64,000 nucleotides of DNA from an uncultured Eubacteriales bacterium (GCA_902786465.1 CADACQ010000007.1:20600-84599); one strand, 5' to 3'; positions 36,625-46,347 are shown, numbered from the stretch's first letter. Translations and numbers: made by a program. The notes: a model not told the origin generated them from the sequence alone.

Positions 36625-38128
36625 GGAAATTTTGGTAGACGCCAACAAATTCGCCATCCGCGTGGCGGTGGTGGAGGACGGCACCCCCGTGGAGCTCTAC
36701 GTGGAGCAGACGGGGACGGAACGATTGGTGGGGAACATCTATCTCGGCAAGGTCCAGAACGTGCTGCCGGGCATGCAGGCGGCCTTCGTGGACATCGGCC
36801 TCGAGAAGAACGCCTTTCTGTACGCCGGGGACGTGTTCTTCCCCGGGGATCAGTACGACGAGCTGGAGCAGCTTCCCGAGACCCGGAAGATCGGCGACCT
36901 CTTGAAGCCGGGCCAGAACGTGCTGGTCCAGGTGGCCAAGGACCCGGTGGGCACCAAGGGCGCCCGGGTCACCACCCACATCACCCTGGCGGGGCGCTCC
37001 CTGGTGCTCATGCCCACGGTGGACTACGTGGGCGTCAGCCGCCGCATCGAAAAGGAGGACGAGCGGACCCGGCTCCGCAAGATCCTCAACGAGATCAAGC
37101 CCAAGAACAAGGGCGTCATCGTCCGCACCGCCTCCGCCGGGAAGACCAAGGAGGCCTTCCAGGAGGACCTGGACAGCCTGTTGACCCTCTACGAGGACAT
37201 CGAGAAGAAGTCCAAGAAGACCAAGGCCCCCGCCCTCATGCACGCGGAGCAGAGCCTGCTGTTCAGGACCGTCCGGGACCTTTTGATGAAGGACGTGGAC
37301 CGGGTCTTCGTCAACGACCAGGAGGCCTTCGAGAAGCTCAAGGGGATCGCGGACGTCATGGCCCCCAAGCTGAAGCCCCGCATCCTCTACAAGGACAGCG
37401 AGGCCCTCTTCGATCGCTACGACACCGAGGCGAAGATCGAGAACGCCCTCTCCCGCCAGGTTTGGCTCAAGTCCGGCGGGTATCTGGTCATCGACCGGGC
37501 CGAGGCCCTGACCGTCATCGACGTGAACACGGGCAAGTACGTGGGCAAGGACAACCTGGAGAAGACCATCACCAACACCAACTGCGAGGCGGCCAAGGAG
37601 ATCGCCGTCCAGCTCCGGCTGCGGGACATCGGCGGCATCGTCATCATCGACTTCATCGACATGGAGAAGGAGTCGGACCGGCAGAAGGTCCTCCAGACTC
37701 TGAAGGACGCCATGCGGGACGACCATACCCGGTCCCACGTGTTCGGGTTCACCCACCTCGGTTTGGTGGAGCTGACCAGGAAGAAGACCGGCCGGAGCAT
37801 CGGCGACACCCTGAAGGTCACCTGTCCCTACTGCCAGGGGGAGGCCAAGGTCCTCTCGCCCTACACCGTCTTCAACCGGCTCCGCAAGCAGACGCTGCAG
37901 GTATTGAAGGGCTGCAAGCTGAAGCGCATCTACATCGAGGTCAGCCCCGACGTGGCCGCGGCCATGGAGGAGCTCATGAAGAAGGACGGGGAGTTGTTCC
38001 CCGAGGCCAGGGACGCCGACTTTTACGTGAAGGCCAACCCGGCCCTCCACGCGGAGAAGTTCACCGTGAAGCCCCTGCCGGACAAGCGGGTGGCGGAGTG
38101 CAAGAAATCCTGTCGGATAATGCACTAA
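36617..38128 (+). CDS. rng: ribonuclease G/E family (Rne/Rng)
   Basis: Start MNKEILVD. S1 domain GNIYLGKVQNVLPGMQAAFVDIG and DNase-I-like/Zn-link region ...IDVNTGK...CPYCQG. Confidence 0.9.
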   Translation: MNKEILVDANKFAIRVAVVEDGTPVELYVEQTGTERLVGNIYLGKVQNVLPGMQAAFVDIGLEKNAFLYAGDVFFPGDQYDELEQLPETRKIGDLLKPGQNVLVQVAKDPVGTKGARVTTHITLAGRSLVLMPTVDYVGVSRRIEKEDERTRLRKILNEIKPKNKGVIVRTASAGKTKEAFQEDLDSLLTLYEDIEKKSKKTKAPALMHAEQSLLFRTVRDLLMKDVDRVFVNDQEAFEKLKGIADVMAPKLKPRILYKDSEALFDRYDTEAKIENALSRQVWLKSGGYLVIDRAEALTVIDVNTGKYVGKDNLEKTITNTNCEAAKEIAVQLRLRDIGGIVIIDFIDMEKESDRQKVLQTLKDAMRDDHTRSHVFGFTHLGLVELTRKKTGRSIGDTLKVTCPYCQGEAKVLSPYTVFNRLRKQTLQVLKGCKLKRIYIEVSPDVAAAMEELMKKDGELFPEARDADFYVKANPALHAEKFTVKPLPDKRVAECKKSCRIMH

Positions 38129-38155
38129 AAAACGCAAAATCTCCGGAAAAATTTG

Positions 38156-38184
38156 TTGACACAGCCCCTGCCGAGCTGTATAAT
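38156..38184 (+). promoter_or_regulatory. consensus sigma-A promoter of the rplU operon
   Basis: TTGACA (38156-38161), 17-nt spacer, TATAAT (38179-38184). Confidence 0.8.
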
Positions 38185-38291
38185 ACTTCGGCAAGCCGCG
38201 TTGAGCCGGTTTTCTAAGTGCGCGCGATCATCGAACGGCGATCGCCCGTCACCGTCCCAAGCGAGTCTGGGAAGAAGGAGGAAGCACAAAC
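38185..38291 (+). promoter_or_regulatory. structured 5' leader upstream of rplU (L21-leader-like)
   Basis: ~100-nt untranslated leader containing the GCGATC atcgaacg GCGATCGC hairpin. Firmicutes are known to carry an autoregulatory leader here; the exact fold was not verified. Confidence 0.45.
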
Positions 38292-38549
38292 ATGTACGCA
38301 ATCGTTCAGACCGGTGGTAAGCAGTATAAAGCCCAGGTTGGCGACGTCATCTCCGTGGAGAAGCTGGACGCCGAAGTGGGCGCCGAGGTCACCTTCGACG
38401 TATTGCTGGTCGCAGACGGTGAGACCATCACCGTGGGCACCCCCGTGGTTGAGGGCGTCAAGGCCACCGGCAAGGTCGTGGAGCACGGCAAGGGCAAGAA
38501 GGTCATCGTCTTCAAGTATAAGCCCAAGAAGAACATCCGCAAGAAGAAC
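38292..38549 (+). pseudogene. rplU: 50S ribosomal protein L21, C-terminally truncated and out of frame
   Basis: [14 protein letters not shown]...[16 protein letters not shown] (86 aa) is canonical L21. The expected GHRQPYTK... tail is absent and the frame runs on as Arg-rich nonsense to 38870. Confidence 0.85.
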
Positions 38550-38832
38550 CGAGCTCAACGGACACGCCAACGAAGGTGCCTATGGAGAGGACATCGTGTG
38601 CGCGGGCATCTCCGCCATCACCGAGACCGCTTTGTTAGGCATCACGGATGTATTGAAATTGGACGCAGCCTGGACCCGCCAAGAGGGGCACCTGCGCTGC
38701 GAACTAAACCGGGATACGTCCCCGGAGGATATGGCGAAGGCCGCCATCGTGTTCAACACCATGATCGCGGGCCTCACGTCCCTCCAGCAGGGCTATCCCA
38801 AGTCCCTCAAGTTTTCATACAGGGAGGTATGA
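38550..38832 (+). pseudogene. prp: ribosomal-processing cysteine protease Prp, lacking its N-terminus and start codon
   Basis: A different frame reads [35 protein letters not shown]...SLKFSYREV, a Prp/YsxB His-Cys core. About 20 N-terminal residues and any start codon are missing. Confidence 0.8.
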
Positions 38833-38835
38833 GCT

Positions 38836-39091
38836 ATGTTTACGATGAATCTGCAACTGTTCGCGCATAAGAAGGGCGTGGGCTCTTCCCGTAACGGCAG
38901 AGACAGCGAAAGCAAGCGTCTTGGACCCAAGAAGGCAGACGGTCAGGCCGTGCTGGCGGGGAACATCCTCGTGCGTCAACGTTGGGATCGGCAAGGACGA
39001 TACCCTGTTTGCCAAGATCGACGGCGTGGTCAAGTTCGAGACCCGTCATCTGGGGAAGAAGACCGTTAGCGTCTACGCTGCGGAAGAGTAA
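38836..39091 (+). pseudogene. rpmA: 50S ribosomal protein L27 with internal deletion and frameshift near 38980
   Basis: [30 protein letters not shown]...AGNILVRQ (48 aa). Then a +1 frame gives [36 protein letters not shown]. The conserved RGTKxHPGxN segment between them is missing. Confidence 0.85.
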
Positions 39092-39106
39092 GAGAATACG
39101 AAATAA

Positions 39107-39145
39107 AAGCAGGAGGCCGAGGCTTCCTGCTTTTGTGTTATTTTG
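39107..39145 (+). terminator. intrinsic terminator of the rplU operon
   Basis: AAGCAGGAggccgaggctTCCTGCTT followed by TTgtgttaTTTT. Confidence 0.8.
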
Positions 39146-39166
39146 GTTAAAATCCCGGGCGGCGAA

Positions 39167-39195
39167 TTGTCAGGGGCCGGGGGCTTTGGTATACT
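39167..39195 (+). promoter_or_regulatory. sigma-A-type promoter (extended -10)
   Basis: TTGTCA, 17-nt spacer with TGg, TATACT; 27 nt upstream of ATG 39222. Confidence 0.6.
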
Positions 39196-39221
39196 GGGAA
39201 AAAACGAGCATGAGGTGACAT

Positions 39222-40718
39222 ATGGAAGAGACCATCCGCAAATTCAAAGAGCATCTACGGAAGATGGACGCCTACAACCACGCCTTCGGCGTTTTGAGCT
39301 ACGACTCCGAGACCGCCATGCCCAAGGGCGGCTCCGAGCACCTGGGGATGACCTACGCGGTCCTTTCCGAGGAGATGTACAAGCTCACCACCAGCCCGGA
39401 GCTGAAGGCCTGGGTGAAGGAGATATTGGCCCACAAGGATCAGGTGGACTACATCACCCGCCGGGAGGCCGAGGAGCTTCACGAGGACATGGAGCGGACC
39501 GAGAAGATCCCCATGGAGGAGTACGTGGCCTTTCAGGTGGCCCAGAACGCCGCCTCCCACGCCTGGCACACCGCCAAGGTGACCAACGACTTCGCTCTGT
39601 TCGCGCCGCACCTCGAGACCCTGGTGAACTATTCCCGCAAATTCGCCGGGTATTGGGACAGCGCCAAGGCCCCCTACGACGTGCTTCTCGACACGTATGA
39701 AAAGGGATTGACCATGGAGACGCTGGACAAGTTCTTCGGCCTTTTGCGCCAGGAGCTGCTGCCCGTGGTGGAGGCCGTGGTGAAGAAGGGCCCCGTGGTG
39801 GACGATTCCTTCCTCCGGGCCCGGTTCTCCATCCCCAAGCAGCGGAAGCTCTCCGACCGGCTCATGGAGGTCATGACCATCGACCGGGACCACTGCAACA
39901 TCGGCGAGGTGGAGCACCCCTTCACCACCAACTTCTCCAAGGACGACGTGCGCATCACCACCCACTACCACGAGCGGGCCTTTGCCTCCAGCATGTACTC
40001 CGTGATCCATGAGGGCGGCCACGCGCTCTACGAGCTGAACATCGGCGACGACATCAAGTATTCGCCTCTGGGCAGCGGCGCCAGCATGTCCATCCACGAG
40101 TCCCAGAGCCGGTTCTACGAGAACATCATCGGCCGCAGCGAAGCCTTCCTCACCTACATCCTGCCCGACATCCGGAAGCTGGGGCCCAAGGCCCTGAAGG
40201 ACGTGTCCGCCCACGACTTCTATCTGGCGGTGAACAAGAGCGAGCCGTCCTTAATTCGCACGGAGGCGGACGAGCTCACCTACTCCTTCCATATCATGAT
40301 CCGGTACGAGCTGGAAAAGCAGCTCATGGCCGGCACCCTGGCTGTGAAGGACCTGCCCGCTGCCTGGAACAAACTATATAAAGAGTACCTGGGGGTGGAC
40401 GTGCCCAACGACACCCAGGGCGTGCTCCAGGATTCCCACTGGTCCGGCGGTGCCTTCGGCTACTTCCCTTCCTACGCTTTGGGCAGCGCCTACGGCGCCC
40501 AGATGCTGAAGGTCATGGAGCGGGATATCCCCGTGTGGGAGCTGGTGGCAAAGGGGGATCTGAAACCCATCGTCGCCTGGCTCACGGAGCGCATCTACCA
40601 ATACGGCCGGCTTCTCAAGCCCAACGAGCTGATACTCAAGGCCTGCGAGGCGCCCTTCGACCCCCACTGCTACGTGGACTACCTGAAAGCCAAGTATACC
40701 GAGGTGTACGGCCTTTGA
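39222..40718 (+). CDS. carboxypeptidase M32 (Taq-like thermostable carboxypeptidase)
   Basis: 498 aa with HEGGHALYE (HExxH) and IHESQSRFYEN motifs of family M32. Confidence 0.9.
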   Translation: MEETIRKFKEHLRKMDAYNHAFGVLSYDSETAMPKGGSEHLGMTYAVLSEEMYKLTTSPELKAWVKEILAHKDQVDYITRREAEELHEDMERTEKIPMEEYVAFQVAQNAASHAWHTAKVTNDFALFAPHLETLVNYSRKFAGYWDSAKAPYDVLLDTYEKGLTMETLDKFFGLLRQELLPVVEAVVKKGPVVDDSFLRARFSIPKQRKLSDRLMEVMTIDRDHCNIGEVEHPFTTNFSKDDVRITTHYHERAFASSMYSVIHEGGHALYELNIGDDIKYSPLGSGASMSIHESQSRFYENIIGRSEAFLTYILPDIRKLGPKALKDVSAHDFYLAVNKSEPSLIRTEADELTYSFHIMIRYELEKQLMAGTLAVKDLPAAWNKLYKEYLGVDVPNDTQGVLQDSHWSGGAFGYFPSYALGSAYGAQMLKVMERDIPVWELVAKGDLKPIVAWLTERIYQYGRLLKPNELILKACEAPFDPHCYVDYLKAKYTEVYGL

Positions 40719-41662
40719 AACGTGCCCTGGTATTGCTGGCCCTGCTGTTGCTGACGGGCTGCGGTGGAAAGGAGAATATGGAAGGAACGCCGAAATCGCC
40801 TATGATGGCCGGGATCGTGACCGCCGCGCCTACGGCTTCGCCAGAGCACACGGCTGAACCCACGGCCGCGCCTACGGCGGCGCCGACACCGACGCCCACG
40901 GCCACGCCGGAGCCTACGCCCACGCCCCTGTTCCTGCCGAAGGAGGAGGGGAGCAACGACCTGGTCATCAACCAGGACCTGTACGATTCCTTTACGGAGA
41001 CCCAGTTCCCCCTGCCCAGCGCGCCGGTGGTGCTCATCTACCATACCCACGCGGAGGAGGCCTACCGGCAGACCCGGGGCTACGCCTACGAGGAGACGGG
41101 GGAGGGCACCTACAAGACCCTGGATAAAACCAAGTCCGTGGCGGCTCTGGGGGAGCTGCTGAAGGGGGAGCTGGAGAAGCGGGGGTTCACCGTGATCCAC
41201 GACGACACGGACGTGGAGCCGCCTGAGATCAAGAGCGCCTATTCCCGGTCCCTGGAGGTCATGGAGCGGTACCCGGAGGCGGTGGTCTACATCGACCTCC
41301 ATCGGAACACGGCCAACGTGAAGGCCAAGAAGGACGACGTGGTCACGGTGGACGGCCAGCGCTGCGCCCGGATGTTCTTCGTGGTGGGCACCGGCATCGG
41401 CACCTACGAGGGGGAGTACGACACCCGGCACGACTGGCAGAGGAACTACGCCCTCGCCAAGGCCGTCACCGAGCGGCTCCGGGCCGTGGACCCCAAGTTC
41501 GCCCTGGACATCCGGCTGAAGGTGGGCCGGTACAACCAGCACGTGAGCCCCTACTGCCTCCTCGTGGAGGTGGGCCACAACGCCAACACCTTCGACGACG
41601 CCGAAAACTCCATCCCCTACCTGGCGGACGCCCTGGCGGGGGTATTCACATGGAATGATTGA
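40715..41662 (+). CDS. spoIIP: stage II sporulation protein P
   Basis: A TTG start (TTGA overlap with the M32 stop) is required to include the signal peptide/lipobox LLLTGC. Pro/Thr/Ala linker, then IYHTHAEEAY, DLHRN and EVGHNANT motifs. Confidence 0.85.
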   Translation: MKRALVLLALLLLTGCGGKENMEGTPKSPMMAGIVTAAPTASPEHTAEPTAAPTAAPTPTPTATPEPTPTPLFLPKEEGSNDLVINQDLYDSFTETQFPLPSAPVVLIYHTHAEEAYRQTRGYAYEETGEGTYKTLDKTKSVAALGELLKGELEKRGFTVIHDDTDVEPPEIKSAYSRSLEVMERYPEAVVYIDLHRNTANVKAKKDDVVTVDGQRCARMFFVVGTGIGTYEGEYDTRHDWQRNYALAKAVTERLRAVDPKFALDIRLKVGRYNQHVSPYCLLVEVGHNANTFDDAENSIPYLADALAGVFTWND

Positions 41663-41669
41663 AAGCACG

Positions 41670-41695
41670 CACCCTTTCTTGAAAGAAAGGGTGCA
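41670..41695. terminator. hairpin after spoIIP (weak terminator candidate)
   Basis: GCACCCTTTCT tgaa AGAAAGGGTGC perfect stem, but no flanking T-tract. Confidence 0.4.
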
Positions 41696-41814
41696 CCCGA
41701 AAGAACTTTAGGAATGGGACTGTTTTTCGTGAACAGCCCCATTTCAATTCTTACGCTTTTCTTTTTTGTGCCACTTTTAGAAAAAGGGGCAAAGGAAAAA
41801 CAGCCTCTAAAACT

Positions 41815-42507
41815 CTACTGGTTCTCCTGCCGCAGCCGGCGCAGCCGCACCGTGAGCCACACGCCGAAGGCGAAGATCAGCAGCCCCAGCCCCAGGATCA
41901 CAGTGCCAAAGACCTCCACCGGGCTGGTAAAGGAGCTGATACCGGTGCGGCTTCCCTGCACTTGGGACAGGGAGGGATCCTGCTCTGGCAGCATCTGCTC
42001 CCAACCCTTTGGGGCGTCGATGGGATTGCCCTTTTCGTCATACCACTGGACGGTGCCACTGACGCCAGTGCCGAAGGGGTCTGCGGCGTACTGGTCGAAG
42101 GCCCGGGTCATGCTCCGGGCGGCCAGGATCGTCACGCCACCGATGAGGACGAACACCAGCCCCACCACCATGGTGTATACTCCCGCCAGATATCCGAACC
42201 GCTTCACCAGTTTCCCGACGGCTCCGGGTAGATCGTTCAGCCAGGAGGGATAGCCTCCTTCCTGGGTGGCGGAGGAATGGGCAGGCTCCTGTTGCCTGCT
42301 TTGGGGTGGTTCCTCCGGGCTCAGCAGCTCGTCTGCCGTCACCCCCAGGGCCTCGGCCAGGGTCCTCAGCTTATTCACCTCCGGGGACGCCTCCCCGGTC
42401 TCCCACTTGCTCACCGCCTGCCGGGACACGCCCAGCTTTTCCGCCAGCTGCTCCTGGGACAGTCCTGCTTTGCGCCGGTAATAGATGATCTTTTCCGAAA
42501 GGGTCAT
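41815..42507 (-). CDS. XRE-family HTH regulator with C-terminal membrane domain
   Basis: IIYYRRKAGLSQEQLAEKLGVSRQAVSKWETGEASP HTH, then two hydrophobic helices in the C-terminal half. Confidence 0.85.
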   Translation of the reverse strand: MTLSEKIIYYRRKAGLSQEQLAEKLGVSRQAVSKWETGEASPEVNKLRTLAEALGVTADELLSPEEPPQSRQQEPAHSSATQEGGYPSWLNDLPGAVGKLVKRFGYLAGVYTMVVGLVFVLIGGVTILAARSMTRAFDQYAADPFGTGVSGTVQWYDEKGNPIDAPKGWEQMLPEQDPSLSQVQGSRTGISSFTSPVEVFGTVILGLGLLIFAFGVWLTVRLRRLRQENQ

Positions 42508-42614
42508 AGGTCAGTCCTCCTGCTTCGTTCTGCCCCCAGTATAGCTTGAGCCGTGGTTGCCATACCACCAACCATAGCTGGAAGCTTCGCAACCGTGGGT
42601 TGCAGCATCAGCTC

Positions 42615-44348
42615 CTATTCCCTCGGCTCCGCTCCCAGCTCCATCAGCCGCCGGTTCATGGCGATCACGTCGTCGGGGATCACCTTCAGCTCCTTCCGGT
42701 CGTAGGTGAGGAGGCCGTTGATCTCCTCCTCCACGTCGGAGACCTGGGTGTACACCGCCGCCGAGAGCCCCTGGGCCTTGGCGGGCCGGATCTCCCTGTC
42801 GTACAGCTTCACGATCCCCGCCGTCAGCTCCTTTTCGCCGGAGAACATCTTATACCCAAAATCCTTCTTGGACCACCGGTGCCCCGGGATGCCGCAGGCG
42901 TAGCCCCCGAACTCGGAGAGCACCGCCGCCCGGCCCGCCCGGTCCTTCTTGTACCGGAAGGCGCGGAAGTACACGTGCCGGCTGAATACGTCCCCGCCCC
43001 CCTGGTCGTGCCAGCCGGAGGCGTGGTCGATGGTCCGGGTCCCGTCCAGCGCCCGGATGCGGCGGACCGCCTCCAAAGCGTCGAACTGGCCCCAGCCCTC
43101 GTTGAAGGGCACCCACATGACGATGGACGGACAGTTGTAGAGGAGCTTCACGGTTTCCTCCAGCTCCTCGTAGTACCGAAGCCGGCTCCCCTCGCTCCTG
43201 CGGCCGAAGGCCTTGTAGCTCGAATCCACCCGGTGGGGCAGTATCCCCGCCACGGGCACGGTCACCACCCCGGGCCGGTAGGGCCCGCCGCCGGAGACCA
43301 TGTCCTGCCAAACCAGCATGCCCATGGTGTCGCAGAGGTAGTACCATCTGAGGGGTTCGATCTTGATGTGCTTGCGGAGCATGTTGAACCCCAGGGCCTT
43401 CATGGTCTGGATATCGCAGACCATGGCCGCCTCCGCCGGCGCCGTGTAGAGCCCGTCGGGCCAGTAACCCTGGTCCAGGAGCCCGTTGTGGAACAGGGGC
43501 TTGTTGTTGAGACACAGTCGGGGCACGCCCGCCTTGTCCTTCTCCACGGAGCACTTGCGCATGCCGAAATAGCTCTCCACCCGATCCTCGCCGAAGGCCA
43601 CGGAGAAATGGTACAGGTACGGGTCCTCCGGGGACCAGGGCCGCATGTTCTCCACGGGCACGTGGACGGGCGTCCCGGCGGCCGCGGCGTAGATCATGCC
43701 GTCCAGGTGGATGAGGCACTGGCCGGGGGCGTTGGTATGGATCTCGATCCGCACGGCCTCCTCGTCGAAGAGGGGCGTGACCTCCAGGCCCGTGACATAC
43801 TCCTCCGGCACGCTCTCCAGCCACACGGTCTGCCAGATGCCGCTTTGGGCCGTGTACCAGATGCCGCCGGGCTTCATGCTCTGCTTGCCCCGGGCGTCCA
43901 GGTTCGACTCGGCCCCGTCGTCCTCCGCCACCACCTCGATCACGTTCTTCTCCCGCAAAAGGTCCGTAATGTCGTAGGTGAAGGGCCAGTACCCGCCCCG
44001 GTGGGTGCCGCACTCCCGGCCGTTGACGGACACGGTGGCCATCAGGTCCACCGCCCCGAAGTGGAGGAGCACCCGGCCCCGATGGAACCCCTCGGGCAGG
44101 ACGAAGCTCCTGCGGTAGACCAGCACGTCGCTGGACCCCTTCTTCCGCCGGATGCCGGACAGCTCGCTCTCCGGGGAGAAGGGCACCAAGATGGTATCCG
44201 GGAGCCGATCCGGCCGCTCCTCGGCCGGGCCCATGTAGAACGCCCAGGGCCCGTTCAGGTTCAAAAAGCTGTTCCGCTTCAGCTGGGGCCGGGGGTATTC
44301 CGGCAGGATGCTGTTCTCTTTGAGGTGCTCGCCCCAGATGGTCTTCAT
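42615..44348 (-). CDS. glycoside hydrolase family 2 (beta-galactosidase/beta-glucuronidase-like)
   Basis: Start MKTIWGEHL (ATGA overlap with the MFS stop). YPRPQLKR near the N-terminus and MWVPFNEGWGQ (acid/base Glu context). Confidence 0.85.
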   Translation of the reverse strand: MKTIWGEHLKENSILPEYPRPQLKRNSFLNLNGPWAFYMGPAEERPDRLPDTILVPFSPESELSGIRRKKGSSDVLVYRRSFVLPEGFHRGRVLLHFGAVDLMATVSVNGRECGTHRGGYWPFTYDITDLLREKNVIEVVAEDDGAESNLDARGKQSMKPGGIWYTAQSGIWQTVWLESVPEEYVTGLEVTPLFDEEAVRIEIHTNAPGQCLIHLDGMIYAAAAGTPVHVPVENMRPWSPEDPYLYHFSVAFGEDRVESYFGMRKCSVEKDKAGVPRLCLNNKPLFHNGLLDQGYWPDGLYTAPAEAAMVCDIQTMKALGFNMLRKHIKIEPLRWYYLCDTMGMLVWQDMVSGGGPYRPGVVTVPVAGILPHRVDSSYKAFGRRSEGSRLRYYEELEETVKLLYNCPSIVMWVPFNEGWGQFDALEAVRRIRALDGTRTIDHASGWHDQGGGDVFSRHVYFRAFRYKKDRAGRAAVLSEFGGYACGIPGHRWSKKDFGYKMFSGEKELTAGIVKLYDREIRPAKAQGLSAAVYTQVSDVEEEINGLLTYDRKELKVIPDDVIAMNRRLMELGAEPRE

Positions 44349-45616
44349 GCCTTCTTCCTCCTGTAGAGCCGGAGGACGGGGACCAGGAGCAGCAGCACGC
44401 ACACCGCCGCCGCCAGGAAGATGGCGGGGGTGGGCACGTTCTTCACCACGCCCAGATCCTCATATACCGCGCCGCTTCGGCGGATCACCGCCGAGCCGAT
44501 GAAGGGCCCCACGATCATGGGCAGGCACACGGCGAACACCATCCGCACCCCCTGGAAGTGGCCCGCCTTGTCCTTGGGCGTGTAGTCCCGGATGAGGGCG
44601 GACAGGGCGGCGGTCACCAGCATGTACCCGGACATCATGACAGCCCCGGTCACCATGACCCCCACCGTGGACCGGGCGAAGTACAGGCCCAGGAGCCCCC
44701 CGATCATGACGGCGGCGGCGGGGAGGACGAAGTTCAGCTTGCCGTATTTATCCAGGAACCGGCCTGCCAGCACGCTGACCAGCGACGCGAACAGCAGCAC
44801 CACCCCCAGCACGATGGCGTAGTCGTCCATGTGGAGGTAATGCTGGAAGTAGACGATGAGGTAGGGGAAGAACACCTGTACCCCGATGGAAAAGAGGGTG
44901 AACGCAAGGAGGGAGAGATACAGCTCCGGCAGGGCCTTGACGACCTTGGGTGTGAACCCGTAGAGGAGGTTCTTGCCGTAGCTGTCCCGGCGGGGCTGCA
45001 GCACGTCGCTGTCCTTGACGAGGAACAGGGACACGAGGCCCGTCACGATCATCATCACCCCGAAGAAGGCGAAGAAAAGGGCCCAGTCCCCTCGCTGGGT
45101 CCAGCCGTCGAAGACCCCGAAGATCACCAGCATGGAGATGAGGGGCAGGATGGCGAGGACCGATTCCGCCCGGCCCCGGTTCTCCTTCGTGGTCACGTCG
45201 GTCACGTAGGCGTTGAAGGCGGCGTCGTTGGCGGTGGACCCGAAGAAGGTCATGACGCAGTCCAGCACCACCACCAGGATGGGCCCCGTCAGGACGCCGT
45301 TAGCATACGCCGCCTGGAAACCGCTGAGCCGTTCGGGCTTTGCCAGCAGGGCGAAGGCCATGACGGAGAGGCCCCAGAGGATGTACCCCAGGCAGATGAA
45401 GGGCTTGCGCCGGCCCACCCGGTCGGAGAGGGCCCCCATGAGCAGGGTGGTCACCGTGGCCGCCACGGCGCTCAACGCCACCATCCAGGCGATGGCCGTG
45501 GGGTCCGGGGCGATGGCGTTGTACAGGAACACGTTGAAGTACATGTTCTCGATGGTCCAGGCGAACTGACCCACCAGGCCCACCAGGATGAGGGCGATCC
45601 AGGTACGCTTTTTCAT
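44345..45616 (-). CDS. MFS transporter (glycoside/oligosaccharide:cation symporter-like)
   Basis: 423 aa, 12 hydrophobic segments, SDRVGRRKP loop motif. Confidence 0.85.
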   Translation of the reverse strand: MKKRTWIALILVGLVGQFAWTIENMYFNVFLYNAIAPDPTAIAWMVALSAVAATVTTLLMGALSDRVGRRKPFICLGYILWGLSVMAFALLAKPERLSGFQAAYANGVLTGPILVVVLDCVMTFFGSTANDAAFNAYVTDVTTKENRGRAESVLAILPLISMLVIFGVFDGWTQRGDWALFFAFFGVMMIVTGLVSLFLVKDSDVLQPRRDSYGKNLLYGFTPKVVKALPELYLSLLAFTLFSIGVQVFFPYLIVYFQHYLHMDDYAIVLGVVLLFASLVSVLAGRFLDKYGKLNFVLPAAAVMIGGLLGLYFARSTVGVMVTGAVMMSGYMLVTAALSALIRDYTPKDKAGHFQGVRMVFAVCLPMIVGPFIGSAVIRRSGAVYEDLGVVKNVPTPAIFLAAAVCVLLLLVPVLRLYRRKKA

Positions 45617-46347
45617 ACAGCTTTCCTCCTATGGCGCAGGATGACGCGGACGATCAGCCCCAGCAGGATGCAGACGCTGACCCACTGGGAGAAGGACAGG
45701 GGCCCGAAACCGCCGCGGACGGCGTCGGCCCGAAAGAATTCGATGAGGAACCGGAAACTAGCGTAGGCCCAGAGATAGACCCGCACCAGCTTCCCCCGGC
45801 TCTTCTTCCGATAGTAGAACAGCAGCAGCAGGGCGACGAACAGCAGAAAGTTGAACCCCGACTCGATCAGCTGCACCGGCAGCCGGTGCTCGAAGAACCG
45901 GGCGAAGAAGGCCCCGTCCACCTCGATCCCGTAGCAGCAGTGGCCGAAGTAACAGCCGATCCGGGCGAACCCGTGAAAGAGGGGCACCACCAGGGCCGCC
46001 AGCCCCCAGCTGGAGGCCCGCTTGTAGAGGACGAACCGGCGGATGCACAGATCCACCGACAGGAGGAAAAACAGCATCCCCCCGTAGAACACGATGCCGC
46101 TGTCCTGGAACAGCCCCGCAAGGTCGTAGGGAAGCCCCGCCTGCAGCCGGTAGCTCCACAGGGATATGACCCCGAACAGCTTCGCGCCCAGGTACAGGGG
46201 CAGCAAGCTCAGGGAGAAGATGGGGAACAGCACGGGCCAGTCCAGCTTTTCCCGGACGCCGACAGCCACCGCGCAGCCCGCCGCTGCCAGCAGCCCCACC
46301 GTGGCCATGCCCCCGTATGAAATGATGTAGGCAAACACCCGTTCCAT
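45613..46347 (-). CDS. lgt: prolipoprotein diacylglyceryl transferase family protein
   Basis: 244 aa, polytopic. ARIGCYFGHCCYG, LPVQLIES and FLIEFFRAD parallel Lgt signature regions. Confidence 0.7.
   Translation of the reverse strand: MERVFAYIISYGGMATVGLLAAAGCAVAVGVREKLDWPVLFPIFSLSLLPLYLGAKLFGVISLWSYRLQAGLPYDLAGLFQDSGIVFYGGMLFFLLSVDLCIRRFVLYKRASSWGLAALVVPLFHGFARIGCYFGHCCYGIEVDGAFFARFFEHRLPVQLIESGFNFLLFVALLLLFYYRKKSRGKLVRVYLWAYASFRFLIEFFRADAVRGGFGPLSFSQWVSVCILLGLIVRVILRHRRKAV

Noticed and set aside
42551-42602. Repeated CCGTGGTTGC / GCAACCGTGGGTTGC words upstream of the XRE regulator gene, considered as a possible operator
   Set aside because: There are only two imperfect copies in one intergenic region, and I cannot place them convincingly relative to a promoter. 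The support is too weak for a feature.
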